DNA of 64,000 nt from Opitutales bacterium (GTDB lineage: Bacteria > Verrucomicrobiota > Verrucomicrobiia > Opitutales > PNEW01): the NCBI GenBank assembly GCA_965197745.1, contig CBDANS010000007.1:928001-992000 (forward strand), read 5' to 3'. How positions within the stretch are numbered: position 1 is the first letter of the stretch; each line of letters opens with the position of its first letter. The position numbers were made by a program, and so were the translations under genes. Positions 31,616-43,106 of this stretch are shown one piece after another. The notes under the pieces were generated by a model, which did not search any database, was not told the DNA's origin, and was given only the letters and a program-made list of their open reading frames with translations.

Positions 31616-32875
31616 TTAATGAACTTGAATTCGATCGTATTTATCCCATGCAGTGGTGTCGGAGAGAATAATCTTATCCCCGGGAACAAGGCCGTCAACT
31701 ACTTCGATAGTACTTACTGAAGCACGGCCAAACTGAACCCGGGTTCGTTCCGCAATTTCACTGTCCGGTAAAAATTTAAAGATCCCCACAGGAGTATCGG
31801 ACCGCCCGAATACGGGTCGCCCGACATAGATGACATCTTCCAGATTCTCCAATTCAATTCTGCCTTCAACTGTTAAATCGGGCCGTGCTCCCTTGGGAAG
31901 CTCTCCCTTAAGCTGGACATCGACCGCTACCGTATTGTTTTCCACATTGGGATCGACGCGTGTCACCAATCCGTCAACAAAACCGTTGCGGGTATCGATT
32001 TCCGCCACCTGTCCTATCTGAACATCCTTAGCCTGTATTTCAGGAATGCGGATAACGGCTTTAAGTTTCTTCGGATTGGCAACCTGGAAGAGATTCTCTC
32101 CCGCATTTACCTGCATACCCTCTTCCACGGATAAGCGCTGCAACACACCGGAAACAGCAGCTTTTACAATCAAGCCATCTACCTGGCCATTAAATAATTC
32201 ATAAATAGCACGATCCTGTTCAATCTTTGCTCGACGCGTAGCTAATTGTGACTCCAGTGATTCATCTCGAGCGACGACGCGCTGCTTCTCAATTTCCCAG
32301 CGCGTTGCTAATTGCTCTGCACGAAGCATCGATTTCTTTTGCGTGAGTTTTGCAATCAGACCCTCGACATATAATTCATCATTCACTTCTGCTTCTAACT
32401 GCGCTTCCTTGTATTGCGCCTCCAATTGCGCAAGTTCGGATTTCATCTGAAGCAGCTCATTTTCCAGCTGTACTTTATAGCTGATGAAATCGGCCTCGGT
32501 CCCCTTTAATTGTAATTCTGCATTGTTCGCTTCTTGAAGGAGCTCGGGATTACTGAGCTCGATGATTATTGTCTCCGGATCAACCCATACACCAGGTAAT
32601 TCAATTAATCTCTCAACTCTCCCTGAAGTGCGGGAAGTTATCCAACGGATTTCTTCAGGGAGCAATGTGCCCATCCCCCTAACCTGTCTGAGCATCGTCC
32701 CTCGGCTTACCTCGCCAACCCAAACTGACTTGCTATCGACCCTGGGAATAGCGGGGTCCAGCATAAAGGTAAACCCCAAGCCAGCAATAAGAACTACCGC
32801 AACTACAGCAGAGTAAATGATCTGTTTCTTGCGCTTCTTCTTAAGAAGATCGGGACGTTGAATGTCCATGGACAT
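31616..32875 (-). CDS. Efflux periplasmic adaptor (MFP/HlyD family)
   Basis: N-terminal TM, coiled coil, barrel-sandwich motifs; operon context. Confidence 0.9.
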   Translation of the reverse strand: MSMDIQRPDLLKKKRKKQIIYSAVVAVVLIAGLGFTFMLDPAIPRVDSKSVWVGEVSRGTMLRQVRGMGTLLPEEIRWITSRTSGRVERLIELPGVWVDPETIIIELSNPELLQEANNAELQLKGTEADFISYKVQLENELLQMKSELAQLEAQYKEAQLEAEVNDELYVEGLIAKLTQKKSMLRAEQLATRWEIEKQRVVARDESLESQLATRRAKIEQDRAIYELFNGQVDGLIVKAAVSGVLQRLSVEEGMQVNAGENLFQVANPKKLKAVIRIPEIQAKDVQIGQVAEIDTRNGFVDGLVTRVDPNVENNTVAVDVQLKGELPKGARPDLTVEGRIELENLEDVIYVGRPVFGRSDTPVGIFKFLPDSEIAERTRVQFGRASVSTIEVVDGLVPGDKIILSDTTAWDKYDRIQVH

Positions 32876-32896
32876 AGTAAATATTAAATAAAAAAA

Positions 32897-35611
32897 TTAT
32901 TCATCTCGTATTGCCACTAGCGGATCAACACGGGCAGCTACCCGTGCTGGCAACCAAGCTGAAAACAATCCGGCAAATGCAATTAATGCAATTACAGTTA
33001 TATAGACAATTATCTCATTGGGGGAAAAAAATATAAATGCACTGTTTAATACTCGGGATAGTGCTAGTGCGAATAGCAATCCAATAAATAATCCAATGCT
33101 TATTTGAGCACTACTCTGCTTAATTATCATCGCAATTATATTTTGAGGTTCTGCACCCAATGCTTTGCGTATTCCTATTTCATGAGTGCGCTGATTTACT
33201 GAAAACGTCATGACTCCGTATACTCCAATGACAGCGAGGAGAAAAGCTGAGATACCAATTGCAATGAAAATCCAACTGGAAAAATGAATCGCTCGGAATG
33301 TTCTATCGATAGAACCTTGAATGGTTCTAATAGCATAAAGAGGTTGATAAGGATTTAATTTTTGCAGCTCTTCACGTACAGTTGGTAACCAATTCATAGG
33401 ATCGCCACCTATACCTCTTAAAAGGAGAGTCATATGACGTGCGCCTATATTAAAAACAAAAGTGGTCTCCTGAGCCATTGGGACATAAAATCCTGAGCCA
33501 TCGCTAGTAGTATTTAGACCTTCCATTGTTAAATCTGGCGCAACACCGACAACGGTTAACCAAGGTTTCTCTACTGGCCGCTTTACTTTAAATCGTTTAC
33601 CGATAGGACTTTGATTCGGCCAATATTTATTGGCAAATAGAGTGTTAACTATAGCTACCTGTTGCGATTCAGCAGTATCAGCATCACTAAACGACCTTCC
33701 GTCTAATACAGATACTCCCAAAACATCGAAGTAATCGCTGGAAATACCTGCACAATGAACAAGCGGGTAATCATCCTTTGTTACATCCTCTGATGCATAA
33801 CTTACTCCATCAATCGCAATCCACCTGATTAACACCCCTGGGTCAGAAGGGGAAGTAGTAAATGCGACAGCCTCAATTCCTGGGATAGCTTTAAGATTAT
33901 TTTGAAATGTTTTTTGAAATCTGATTTTATCCAAATCATCAGGATAATCGGTGTCGAATAATGAAGTCCTCGCCAGTAATATGTTTTTAGGATTATAGGG
34001 TAAATCGATATCGTTTTGCTCTAACATTGATTTTAATAGCAATCCTGATCCTATTAGGAGGCCACAGGAAATGCTAATTTGTACAATGATTAAAAACTTG
34101 CTGAATCGACTCGAACGTAAACTGGAAGAAGTGCGGGCATTTTCCTTTAGTAATTGATTTACATCAGTATTAGATACTTGAAGCGCTGGCACCATACCCG
34201 AGATAACGACGGTCAGAACAGTTAGACCGATGACAAAGAAAAACACGGCGCCATCCATTTCAAAATTTATCCATGATGGGTATTGAAATCCTTGAATTGT
34301 GACCAAATAGTAATTCCATAAAATATCTAAAGCCCTATTCGCTATAAGAAAGCCACTAACTGCACCTATTATCGCTATTAATAGACTCTCGGTTAGGATT
34401 TGAGTGATGATCCTTTTTCTAGTTGCACCTAATGCACTTTGTAGAGCGAGTTCTTTGCTGCGTAAGATAGATCTGCTATAAAGCAAATTCACTACATTAG
34501 AACAGGCAATGATCAGCACCATAAATCCTAGAAAAAGCATGGTTATTAGTGTTGTAGCCATTCTACTGCCACCACCAATTTCCTTAATATAAGGTTTAAT
34601 CTCGATGGAGTTATACCCCTTATTACTATCAGGATATTCCTTTTCTAAGCGCCTGGCTATTCCATTAAATTCTGTTAATGCTTCGTCAACGGTGACACCG
34701 TCTTTCAACCTACCAAAAACAGCCATCTTATCACTATTTTTTCTTTCTCCTGACGATAGGTTTTTACGATAAGGAAACCAAAGTTCTGCCCTCCGGGGAA
34801 AATTAAATTCCTGGGGCATCACGCCTACTATGGTGTGCGGTACACTGTTTAAAAGCATCGATCGACCAATAATGTCAGAATCACCGCTAAAGTCTTTCTG
34901 CCAGATTCCATAGCTGATAATCACTACATTGTCGGCACCGGGTAGGTCTTCATCTTTTAAAAATCCGCGCCCTAATAGAGGTTTGACGCGTAGCAGATCC
35001 AGGAAATTGGTTGAGATTGAACAACCGTTATAACGACGCGCGTATTCATCACCCTTTATATTTATCGGTTCATTATCGGAGTAACCAAGCCCTTCAAAGG
35101 TCGTCTGTTGTTCCTGAAAATCTTTAAGATCATAGACATTTATCAATAATTCGGATCTGGATTTTTGCACGTGGCTTTTGACATTATTCCATTTCAAATG
35201 AAAAATTCTGTCCGAATCATCGAAAGGTAGACCTCTAATGATAAATCCGTTTACGATACTAAATATGGTAACAATCAGCCCAATGCCAACCGATATTGCA
35301 AACACTACTACTAGACTAAAACCTTTATTCTTCAATAACTGTCGGAAGCCATATCTAATGTCGTACCAAAAATTACTTGCAATACGTACACTCCAAGAGT
35401 CTATACACTCCTCTTTAATTTGACCGACTCCCCCAAATTCTCTTAAGGCGTCGATTCGTGCCTCTTCAGGACTCATGCCAGAGTTTATATTTTCCTCTAT
35501 TTGCATATCCAGATGAGACCGTATTTCATCTTCCAACTCCTGCTGTTTCGAGGCTCCAAATAACAGAGCTTTGAAACGGAAAAAAGCTCTTTTAATAATA
35601 GTCATTAGCAA
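32897..35611 (-). CDS. ABC transporter permease with N-terminal permease-prefix domain (ADOP-like)
   Basis: ELEDEIRSHL..GMSPEEA..A.REFGG prefix followed by a duplicated MacB permease. Confidence 0.92.
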   Translation of the reverse strand: MLMTIIKRAFFRFKALLFGASKQQELEDEIRSHLDMQIEENINSGMSPEEARIDALREFGGVGQIKEECIDSWSVRIASNFWYDIRYGFRQLLKNKGFSLVVVFAISVGIGLIVTIFSIVNGFIIRGLPFDDSDRIFHLKWNNVKSHVQKSRSELLINVYDLKDFQEQQTTFEGLGYSDNEPINIKGDEYARRYNGCSISTNFLDLLRVKPLLGRGFLKDEDLPGADNVVIISYGIWQKDFSGDSDIIGRSMLLNSVPHTIVGVMPQEFNFPRRAELWFPYRKNLSSGERKNSDKMAVFGRLKDGVTVDEALTEFNGIARRLEKEYPDSNKGYNSIEIKPYIKEIGGGSRMATTLITMLFLGFMVLIIACSNVVNLLYSRSILRSKELALQSALGATRKRIITQILTESLLIAIIGAVSGFLIANRALDILWNYYLVTIQGFQYPSWINFEMDGAVFFFVIGLTVLTVVISGMVPALQVSNTDVNQLLKENARTSSSLRSSRFSKFLIIVQISISCGLLIGSGLLLKSMLEQNDIDLPYNPKNILLARTSLFDTDYPDDLDKIRFQKTFQNNLKAIPGIEAVAFTTSPSDPGVLIRWIAIDGVSYASEDVTKDDYPLVHCAGISSDYFDVLGVSVLDGRSFSDADTAESQQVAIVNTLFANKYWPNQSPIGKRFKVKRPVEKPWLTVVGVAPDLTMEGLNTTSDGSGFYVPMAQETTFVFNIGARHMTLLLRGIGGDPMNWLPTVREELQKLNPYQPLYAIRTIQGSIDRTFRAIHFSSWIFIAIGISAFLLAVIGVYGVMTFSVNQRTHEIGIRKALGAEPQNIIAMIIKQSSAQISIGLFIGLLFALALSRVLNSAFIFFSPNEIIVYITVIALIAFAGLFSAWLPARVAARVDPLVAIRDE

Positions 35612-35617
35612 CTTATG

Positions 35618-35950
35618 CTATCCATGTTGCACAATCTGATTGATCGCTCCCGAAAACTGCTTCCAATAGGTTGTTTCTTCTGCAACCTGTTTTATTCCAG
35701 CTGAGGTAAGCGTATAAAATCTAGCTCTTCTTTTTGTCTCTGTGACACCCCATTTAGATTTAACTAATCCTCGTTCCTCAAGTCGATGTAGAGCAGGATA
35801 GAGTGACCCTTGTCGAACGCTGAGAACGTCCTTAGAGATTAGTTCAATCCTCTTTGCAATGCTGTATCCATGCCTGCTTCCAGAGCACAGGATGCGCAGG
35901 ATGATTAGGTCTAAAGTTCCCTGCAGTAATTCAGTTTTATTTGATTCCAT
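35618..35950 (-). CDS. PadR family transcriptional regulator
   Basis: LLQGTLDLIIL, HGY.I, GSLYPALHRLE, RRARFY.LT. Confidence 0.93.
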   Translation of the reverse strand: MESNKTELLQGTLDLIILRILCSGSRHGYSIAKRIELISKDVLSVRQGSLYPALHRLEERGLVKSKWGVTETKRRARFYTLTSAGIKQVAEETTYWKQFSGAINQIVQHG

Positions 35951-35952
35951 TA

Positions 35953-35985
35953 CTATACATAGAATGTCTATATATAGAATGTCAA
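35953..35985 (-). promoter_or_regulatory. padR promoter/operator
   Basis: TTGACA on the minus strand (35985-35980); tandem ctata(c/t)atagaatgtc with internal ATAGA-ATG-TCTAT dyad right at the ATG. Confidence 0.65.
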
Positions 35986-35999
35986 TCTATTTTGCTAAT

Positions 36000-36162
36000 T
36001 GATCGGACCCCTTTTTTCGTAGCAGTTTAAGTGAGAGAATTACCGGGTGTTAATGGTTTTAGGATTGCTGTGTATGAGAGATCTTGGCGAAGTGAGGGCG
36101 TAGCCCGAACGCGGTCAAGATCGGAAAGGAATCTGACATACTCTTGTGGGCTTTTAAAGCCT
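36000..36162 (-). mobile_element. IS3-family (type A) right-end remnant
   Basis: tgatcggacccc.. terminal sequence shared with the full copies. Confidence 0.8.
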
Positions 36163-36168
36163 TTAATA

Positions 36169-36245
36169 GGGAGTTCAACTCTCTTCCATATTACCACTTA
36201 ATAATCAGCATTTTATATTAATATGTAAGTACTTATGAATCAGCT
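36169..36245 (+). other. Inverted att-like remnant: tRNA 3'-end fragment plus arm
   Basis: gggagttcaactctc is identical to the tRNA T-arm, then ..acca; downstream tatattaatatgtaagtacttatg matches the reverse complement of the arm at 13149-13172. Confidence 0.65.
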
Positions 36246-36892
36246 TATCACTTATGTCAAGAGAAACTAAATAGTAGTAAATAGCGTTAAATAGCAAATA
36301 ATGGGGAGCATTGGGGGAGCGAGTGTCGCTAGACCTCGTTGGATGTTATTAACTGTAACAATCGACAACCTCTAGATATTAGTCCTGAATATAATGAAGA
36401 TTCAATTACCAGTATGATTCACCCGTACCCGAGTTCAGGAATTGGCATCTTCTATAACTGTGAGTCAGAATTCTCAGAAGACAATATTCTTGCTTATTGC
36501 TTGTGAGGGCTATTGCACTCAGCACTGTGCCCTTGTCGTCGAATCACACATTGCACTGCCATCGTTCGCCTGACGTGCAATTGGGGTAAGACCTGTTTAT
36601 TGGTACAACGAGTCGTGGCCAAACGGACACCAAGACATGGCTTACGAAATTCATCACAAGCGCCGAGGCAAAGCAATAAAACAGAGTTTCAGATCCCATG
36701 CCCTAATTGGGCTAAAATCATCATACATAACCCTGATTAAGTTTTCAGTGGCTCAGTTCCCGTGATTGCGACCAAACTAATAGCTAGCTGACACTTTATA
36801 CTTCCCCTCAGGATAATCTGTATGTTCAAGTCATAGCTAGTACATCTAAGCTGTACTAGTAACCTCTAAGATCAAGTCGTAGCTAGTACAGT

Positions 36893-37472
36893 TTATTGTT
36901 TGTGCACTTTGCCGATGATAGCAATTGCGATTACGGCGATGGTGACAAGGCCAATGAGAACGTAGGTAAGGGTGTTGGGTTGCTCATCACTTACATGTTG
37001 GTCGGATTCGTCCTCGAAAATGGGTTGAGCTGTCGACTTAGGTTGCAGCTTGCGTTGCTCTGTTGGTTCCAGTTGCGGTGTTGTTTCATTTCCCGTATCT
37101 CTTCAGGAATTCTCTTAATAAACTATCGCCGATCCCTCTTTCTGAACTGTAGCTAAACCCCAACCCACTTAACCGTCCATCATTAAACTCATAAATAACC
37201 ACTTTAATCGGACCGGTACTAATCGACTCCAACAACCCCTTTTTTGGTTCTTCAGGATCGGGGGTATCTTCTTCTCCTGGGTCAGGGAACAAATCTCATG
37301 TTGTTGCATCAGGGCGTGCTTGTATTAATTCCTTCCAGGTCATTCCTATTTCAAGGTTTCGAAAACCTTCAGGCATTATTTGACCATATGCCTCTGTTAA
37401 GAGAAATAAGCCGATAATAGTCACTTGTAACAGCTTCATCACTGGTTTGATTGTTATAGCAGTCCTTTCCAT
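36893..37472 (-). pseudogene. Decayed secreted, membrane-anchored protein
   Basis: Signal peptide (MKLLQVTIIGLFLLTEAYG), internal stop/frameshifts, C-terminal P/E/Q linker + TM (YVLIGLVTIAVIAIAIIGK). Confidence 0.5.
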
Positions 37473-37723
37473 TCAGCGTTCGCAAAGTCATCAAGAATTG
37501 TCAATGCGCCCTTATTGCCGTGTCCAGCTGTGCTTTTGTCATTGACGAGCCGGTTACGAGGCTTATACCAACTGCATTATTTTCCAGATCCATCACTGTT
37601 TCGTTATGCGCACTGTTACCTGATAAATTGGTGACTTCATGAGTTGTTGATAGTCATTCTGCGTCCTCAGCATTCCAATCGATGGTCAGTATTCCAGTCA
37701 AATAAGCATGCCTTGCGGCATCC

Positions 37724-39057
37724 TGATCGGACCCCGTTATTCGTACCAATTTTTAAGAGAGAGAGTTACCGGGTGTTAATGGTTTTAGGATTGATGTATA
37801 GGAGTGATCTTGGCGAAGTGAGGGCGTAGCCCGAACGCGGCCAAGATCTGAAAGGATACTGACCAACTCCAGTGGACTTTTAAAGCCTAAACGCCTATGG
37901 GGATGTTCATTATTGTAGGGATGACGCCATGGTTCGATTACCCTTTGCGCTTCAGCTACGCTGAGCAACACATCAGGGTTCAGACATGAGCGTTTCGCTA
38001 TGTCGTCACTACGTTCCTCGGTACATCGCGTAAGCGGTTGTGAAACGACTCAATGAAACCGTTTGTTATTCTCGCTTTGGCTCGTTGAGGGGTCGCTTCG
38101 CTCGGTAGCCAGGGACTGCCCGAATCGCTATAGATCGCCTTGATGTTTTTGTCGGACAACCACTGCTGCACTTGATGAGCGCTGAACTCACTGCCGTTGT
38201 CACTACGGATATAGCTGGGAGTTCCCTCCTCTTCAATGGCTTCGCTAAGCACAGAGAAGACATCAGTTGAGGGGAGTTGACGAGCGACCCGGATACGCAG
38301 ACATTGACGCGTCTATTCATCGATTAAGGTCATCATCTTTAAGGGACCGCCATGGTCTGTGCGATCATGGACAAAGTCCCAGGACCAAACGTGATTGCGA
38401 CCGATTGCTCTAGTTGGAGGCCCCGTAGAGACCCCTTGACGGGGTCTGCGCTTTTTTGGGGGCTTTACTTGCAGCCCTTCTGAACGGCGTACCGCCTGGA
38501 CAAACTTCCTGCTTGTTGTCCAGTCTTCCTTTACGAGCAAGGCACGGATACGCCGGTAACCGTAGCGGGGATGTTCCCAGAACAAGGTTACAATGCGCTC
38601 GGCCAACCGCTGAACTTTCCTCCTGGCTTGCTTGGGCTGGTAGCGGTACGTTGACCCACTGAGACTGAGATAAGCACAAGCCCTCTCAGCCGTGTCTTTT
38701 ACTCCTCGCTTCTTTTGCTTTGGGCGCACCCTTTTTTTGACCGCGTTTCCTCCCTCACTTGGTTCTTGAGCATTTGATCTGCGCGCTGCTTTTTCAGCTC
38801 GGTGTTTTCTTTTTCCAGCTCTTTAAATCGCTTCGCATCGGCCAGTTCCAAATGGCCATACTTTTTACCCCAGCGATAGAAGGTCTGTTCACTTAGGTTG
38901 TGGCCACCGCAGATTTCCGGCACCGTCTTGCCAGTATCAGTCTGCCGTAATATTACTATGATCTGTTCTGTTGTGTATCTTTTTCTTTTCATTGAGGTTA
39001 TCGGGTTATCCCGATAACCTCTCACTGTTAATGATACCATTTTTTTTGGTCACGCCA
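37724..39057 (-). mobile_element. IS3-family element type A (IS407-like), inactivated
   Basis: orfA MKRKRYTTEQII; orfB fragments WSWDF, SDNGSEF; TG..CA ends; stops and micro-insertions. Confidence 0.9.
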
Positions 39058-39325
39058 CTCGCAAAGCCAATGCACTAATTCGTCCAGATTCTTTAAGGCC
39101 AATTACAATCTTCTTTTGAATCTATTGACATACAACAACCTCTATTTTGGTCCTAACTTTAGAAATCAACAGCTCATCTGCACAACACAATTTGCAAGAT
39201 AGCACTGGATTTATTGAATCACAAGCTCATACATAAGTAGCTTAATACAAGGTATATAGAGGTAATGTATACTCAACCTACAGATACAGACTATCAATAT
39301 ATTCTCAGATTTTTTAAAAAATTTC

Positions 39326-39369
39326 TTGCATTATACTACTATTGTAGTAATATTACTACATGAGTAGTA
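39326..39369 (+). promoter_or_regulatory. BlaI/CopY-type operator pair and likely leaderless promoter
   Basis: TACTAC-N4-GTAGTA at 39334-39349 and 39354-39369; TTGCAT..TAATAT ending 6 nt before the ATG. Confidence 0.75.
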
Positions 39370-39752
39370 AAAAGAAAATTAAATTAACACGCTTGGAAAT
39401 GGAGGTAATGGAACCTCTCTGGAATCTTAAAGAAGCAACCATTAGACAGATTCTAGATGATGTTTCTTTAGATAAAAGGCCGGCATATACAACTGTTCAG
39501 ACGATTATTAATCGGTTGGAGGATAAGGGTGTTGTTGCCCGAGTTAAAAAAATAGGCATTGCGCATATCTATCGACCGCTAATTAGTCAAAAATCAGCGT
39601 TTAGTAATTTAATTGAAGATTTTGTCACCATATTTGGTGGATCATCAAGTCCGATCATGTCGCATCTTGTTGAAACAGGTAGAATCACTTTGAAGGATTT
39701 AAAAGAAATAGAAATTCTTCTAAAGAAAAACAAGAAGAGGAGCAAAAAATGA
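39360..39752 (+). CDS. BlaI/MecI/CopY family repressor
   Basis: LTRLEMEVM..LW, AYTTVQT.I.RL..KG. Confidence 0.93.
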   Translation: MSSKKKIKLTRLEMEVMEPLWNLKEATIRQILDDVSLDKRPAYTTVQTIINRLEDKGVVARVKKIGIAHIYRPLISQKSAFSNLIEDFVTIFGGSSSPIMSHLVETGRITLKDLKEIEILLKKNKKRSKK

Positions 39753-41350
39753 TTAATCCAATATTTATGGACATCTCTTCGCAGTTATTGTTAGTGAGTA
39801 TAGGAAATCACATCTGGCAGGCCACTCTGTTTGGAACATTGATTTTAGGTGTAATGTTTTTACTCAAGAAATCTCCTGCACGAATCAGATTTTATATTGG
39901 ATGGATTGGCCTTATGAAGTTCGCACTTCCATCTGCTCTATTTCTGTTAGTTTTTGGTCGTTTGGATGGGATTATCTCATCATATGATAAGATAATCGGT
40001 GAAGCGATAACCCCTATAAGTATTATACTTACAGAGCCATTATTCCTTTTCGAAAATTCAGCAACTGCTTCATCCACTACAGCATTTTCTATCCTTACAG
40101 TTTTAAATGTTTTAGGTGGAATTTGGGTTTTCATTGCCTTGTTTATCTTTGGTTACTGGCAAATAAGGCTAATAAGATTACAGAGGCAATTAAGTCGTTC
40201 ATCAAATCCATTTCCAGAATTTCTTACCGCTAAGTTAATTGAGATCAAAAATAAGATAGGGTATAAAGGTCTAGTAACGGGGTGGCTTACTGAAAGTAGA
40301 ATAGAACCAGGAGTAATTGGGATTTTTCGCCCCAGGATAATACTTGCTAATGATCTAGTAGATGAACTGACCGAGGAAGAATTAAAAACTATACTCGTCC
40401 ATGAGCTCATTCATATTAAACACAGGGATAACTTCTGGTCCTATTTGCAGATGATTATATTCTGCATTTTCTGGTTTCATCCACTTGTAATATGGCTCTA
40501 TCATCGACTTACACACGAATGCGAGAAAACCTGTGATGAGGAAGTAATTAAATTAACCAATGACAGAGAAGCATACACAACCGGTATATTGAAAGTTTCA
40601 CAATTCACCCTTGGCATACGTATGCCCGGTTTTACTGGAATAACTCAGTCCAAATTGGGATATCGTATTCAATCCATATTAAATATTAAGATACAGAAAG
40701 ATTCAAAAATAATGAACCGATCAATAATTATCATAGTATTAATACTCCTCAGTATTAGTATGTTTACTGGTGGATCCCTTGCTAAAAATGGGGATATAAA
40801 CGAAAATGAAGCTATTATAGAAAAGCTTATTGTAGATCAACCTTATCCCAGTGTTAATGAAGAAGAGAGTATAGTAATCGAAAAAATAAAGCAGTTAATT
40901 GACACAAACGAATATAATCAGGCGCTTGAAATTCTTGAAGAGGCAATAACTGATGATTCAAGCCCAGCATTTTGGCTGATTAAAGGAAGTATACATGCGA
41001 ATGCTAAAGAATTTGAAAATGCTGCTATTGGTTTAGAAAATTTTATAGTTGAATATCCCACATACTTTGAAGCTCAAAAATCTCTTGGGTATGTTTATGC
41101 CACTATGAAGAAATTTGATAAAGCACGTCAGCATTTGTTAAGGGCAATCGAACTCGGAGGTGAAGATGCCAGGTTGTATGGGCTAGTTGGTTATTCTTAC
41201 ACATTAGATGAAGAATGGGTTTTAGCAGAGATGTTTTTCCGTGAAGCTATTAAAAGGGATCCTGCGGAACCATATTGGAAAGATGGTTTAAACTCGGTTA
41301 TAGAAAAGCAAAATAATGTAAGGAGTGTCAGTGTAAAAACATCAGGGTAA
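39749..41350 (+). CDS. M56 (BlaR1-like) metallopeptidase with C-terminal TPR domain
   Basis: HELIH..H.D, FWFHPL, E..CD; TPR-like helices at the C-terminus. Confidence 0.9.
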   Translation: MINPIFMDISSQLLLVSIGNHIWQATLFGTLILGVMFLLKKSPARIRFYIGWIGLMKFALPSALFLLVFGRLDGIISSYDKIIGEAITPISIILTEPLFLFENSATASSTTAFSILTVLNVLGGIWVFIALFIFGYWQIRLIRLQRQLSRSSNPFPEFLTAKLIEIKNKIGYKGLVTGWLTESRIEPGVIGIFRPRIILANDLVDELTEEELKTILVHELIHIKHRDNFWSYLQMIIFCIFWFHPLVIWLYHRLTHECEKTCDEEVIKLTNDREAYTTGILKVSQFTLGIRMPGFTGITQSKLGYRIQSILNIKIQKDSKIMNRSIIIIVLILLSISMFTGGSLAKNGDINENEAIIEKLIVDQPYPSVNEEESIVIEKIKQLIDTNEYNQALEILEEAITDDSSPAFWLIKGSIHANAKEFENAAIGLENFIVEYPTYFEAQKSLGYVYATMKKFDKARQHLLRAIELGGEDARLYGLVGYSYTLDEEWVLAEMFFREAIKRDPAEPYWKDGLNSVIEKQNNVRSVSVKTSG

Positions 41351-41365
41351 TAAATCTATATTTAT

Positions 41366-41718
41366 CTAATTGGGAGAAAAGTCAAAAGAGGGCAGGTTTT
41401 GCATTATAGCACTTTTTATTTTTTGCGAGTATGCTTGCCCTAGCCCCTTTCTAATATTCCTATGGCGACTGAAGAGATTGAGCGACTCGATTATTCCTTT
41501 ATTATTCCCATAGGGCAGAATACCATCTACTATAAGATCAAATTCTTCTTCAGCAAAAGCGTTGATAGAGTTACGCAGTGCCCTTGCAAGTGATTTAATT
41601 TTTTCTGCCTCCTTAGGAGGCCATGGGCTTGGAAGATGGGGAAGTAATTCATCAGCTTCCATATGAAGAAAGGGGCTGTCTGGTGTAGATAGAAGCTTTT
41701 GGAGGGTGATAGTGACGG
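41366..41718 (-). pseudogene. Truncated chloramphenicol-phosphotransferase-like P-loop kinase fragment
   Basis: Frame reads LQKLLSTPDSPFLHMEADELLP..INAFAEEEFDLIVDGIL; 5' end cut by the IS at 41719. Confidence 0.5.
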
Positions 41719-42953
41719 TGGAGTGACCCCCAAAAATCGTACCATTTACAGAGAGAGGTTATCGGGATAAACAGATAACCTCAATGAAAAGAAAAAGATA
41801 CACGACAGAACAGATCATATTAATATTACGGCAGGTTGATACTGGCAAGACGGTGCAGGAAATCTGCCGTGGCAACAACCTAAGCGAACAGACCTTCTAT
41901 CGCTGGGGTAAGAAGTATGACAACTTGGAACTGGCCGATGCGAAGCGATTTAAAGAGCTGGAAAAAGAAAACACCAAACTGAAGAAGCTGCTCGCAGATC
42001 AAATGCTCAAGAATCAGGAGATGGAGGAAACGTTGTCAAAAAAATGGTGAGCCCAAAGCAGAAGAAGCGAGTAGTAAAAGATGCGGCTGAGCGAGGGCTG
42101 TGCTCGCTTTAGAGGGCTTGTACCTATCTCAGCCTCAGTTGGTCAACGTACAGCTACCGGCCCAAGCAGGCCAGTAAGAAAGCTCAGCGGTTGGCCGAGC
42201 GGATTGTAACCCTGTCCTGGGAACATCCCCGTTACGGTTACCGGCACATCCGTGCCTTGCTCGTAAAGGAAGGGTGGGCAACAAGCAGGAAGTTTGTCCA
42301 GGCGGTACGCCGTTCAGAAGGGCTGCAGGTAAAGCCCCCGAAAAAGCGTAGACCCCGTCAAGGGGTCTCTACAGGGCCGCCTACTAAAGCAACCGGTCGC
42401 AATCACGTCTGGTCCTGGGACTTTGTCCATGACCGCACAGACAATGGCGGTCCATTAAAGATGATGACCTTAATCGATGAATATACGCGTCAATGTCTGA
42501 GTATCCGGGTCGCTCGTGAACTCACCTCAACTGATGTCCTCTCTGTGCTTAGCGAGGCCATTGAAGAGGAGGGAGTTCTTAGCTATATCCGTAGTGACAA
42601 TGGCAGTGAATTCATTGCTCATCAGGTGCAGCAGTGGCTGGCCGACAATAAGATCAAGGCAATCTATATCGATCTGGGCAGTCCCTGGCTACCGAGCGAA
42701 GCGACACCTCAACGAGCCAAAGCGAGAATAACAAACGGTTTCATCGAATCGTTTCACAACCGCTTACGCGATGTACCGAGGAACGTAGTGACGACATAGC
42801 GAAGCGCTCATGTTTGAACCCTGATGTGTTGCTCAGCGTGGCTGAAGCGCAAGTGCTAATTGAACAATGGCGTCAGACCTACAACCATGAACATCCCCAC
42901 AGTCGTTTAGGCTTTAAAAGGGAATTATATACCTAAGTTACCAAAATTATAAT

Positions 42954-43100
42954 TTACTTTTTCTTCCGTTTTGATGGATCAGGTCGTTTGCTGGCTGCAA
43001 ATATTGTCTTTGCTACATATTCGGGGGATTCATTTATTACCAATGTCCGAGTTTCAGGACGACCTTGTTTTCTTTCTGGTTTTTTATTTTTCTTAGACAT
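42954..43100 (-). CDS. Small basic hypothetical protein (48 aa)
   Basis: MSKKNKKPERKQGRPETRTLVINESPEYVAKTIFAASKRPDPSKRKKK, translated by hand. Confidence 0.55.
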   Translation of the reverse strand: MSKKNKKPERKQGRPETRTLVINESPEYVAKTIFAASKRPDPSKRKKK

Positions 43101-43106
43101 TAATTC

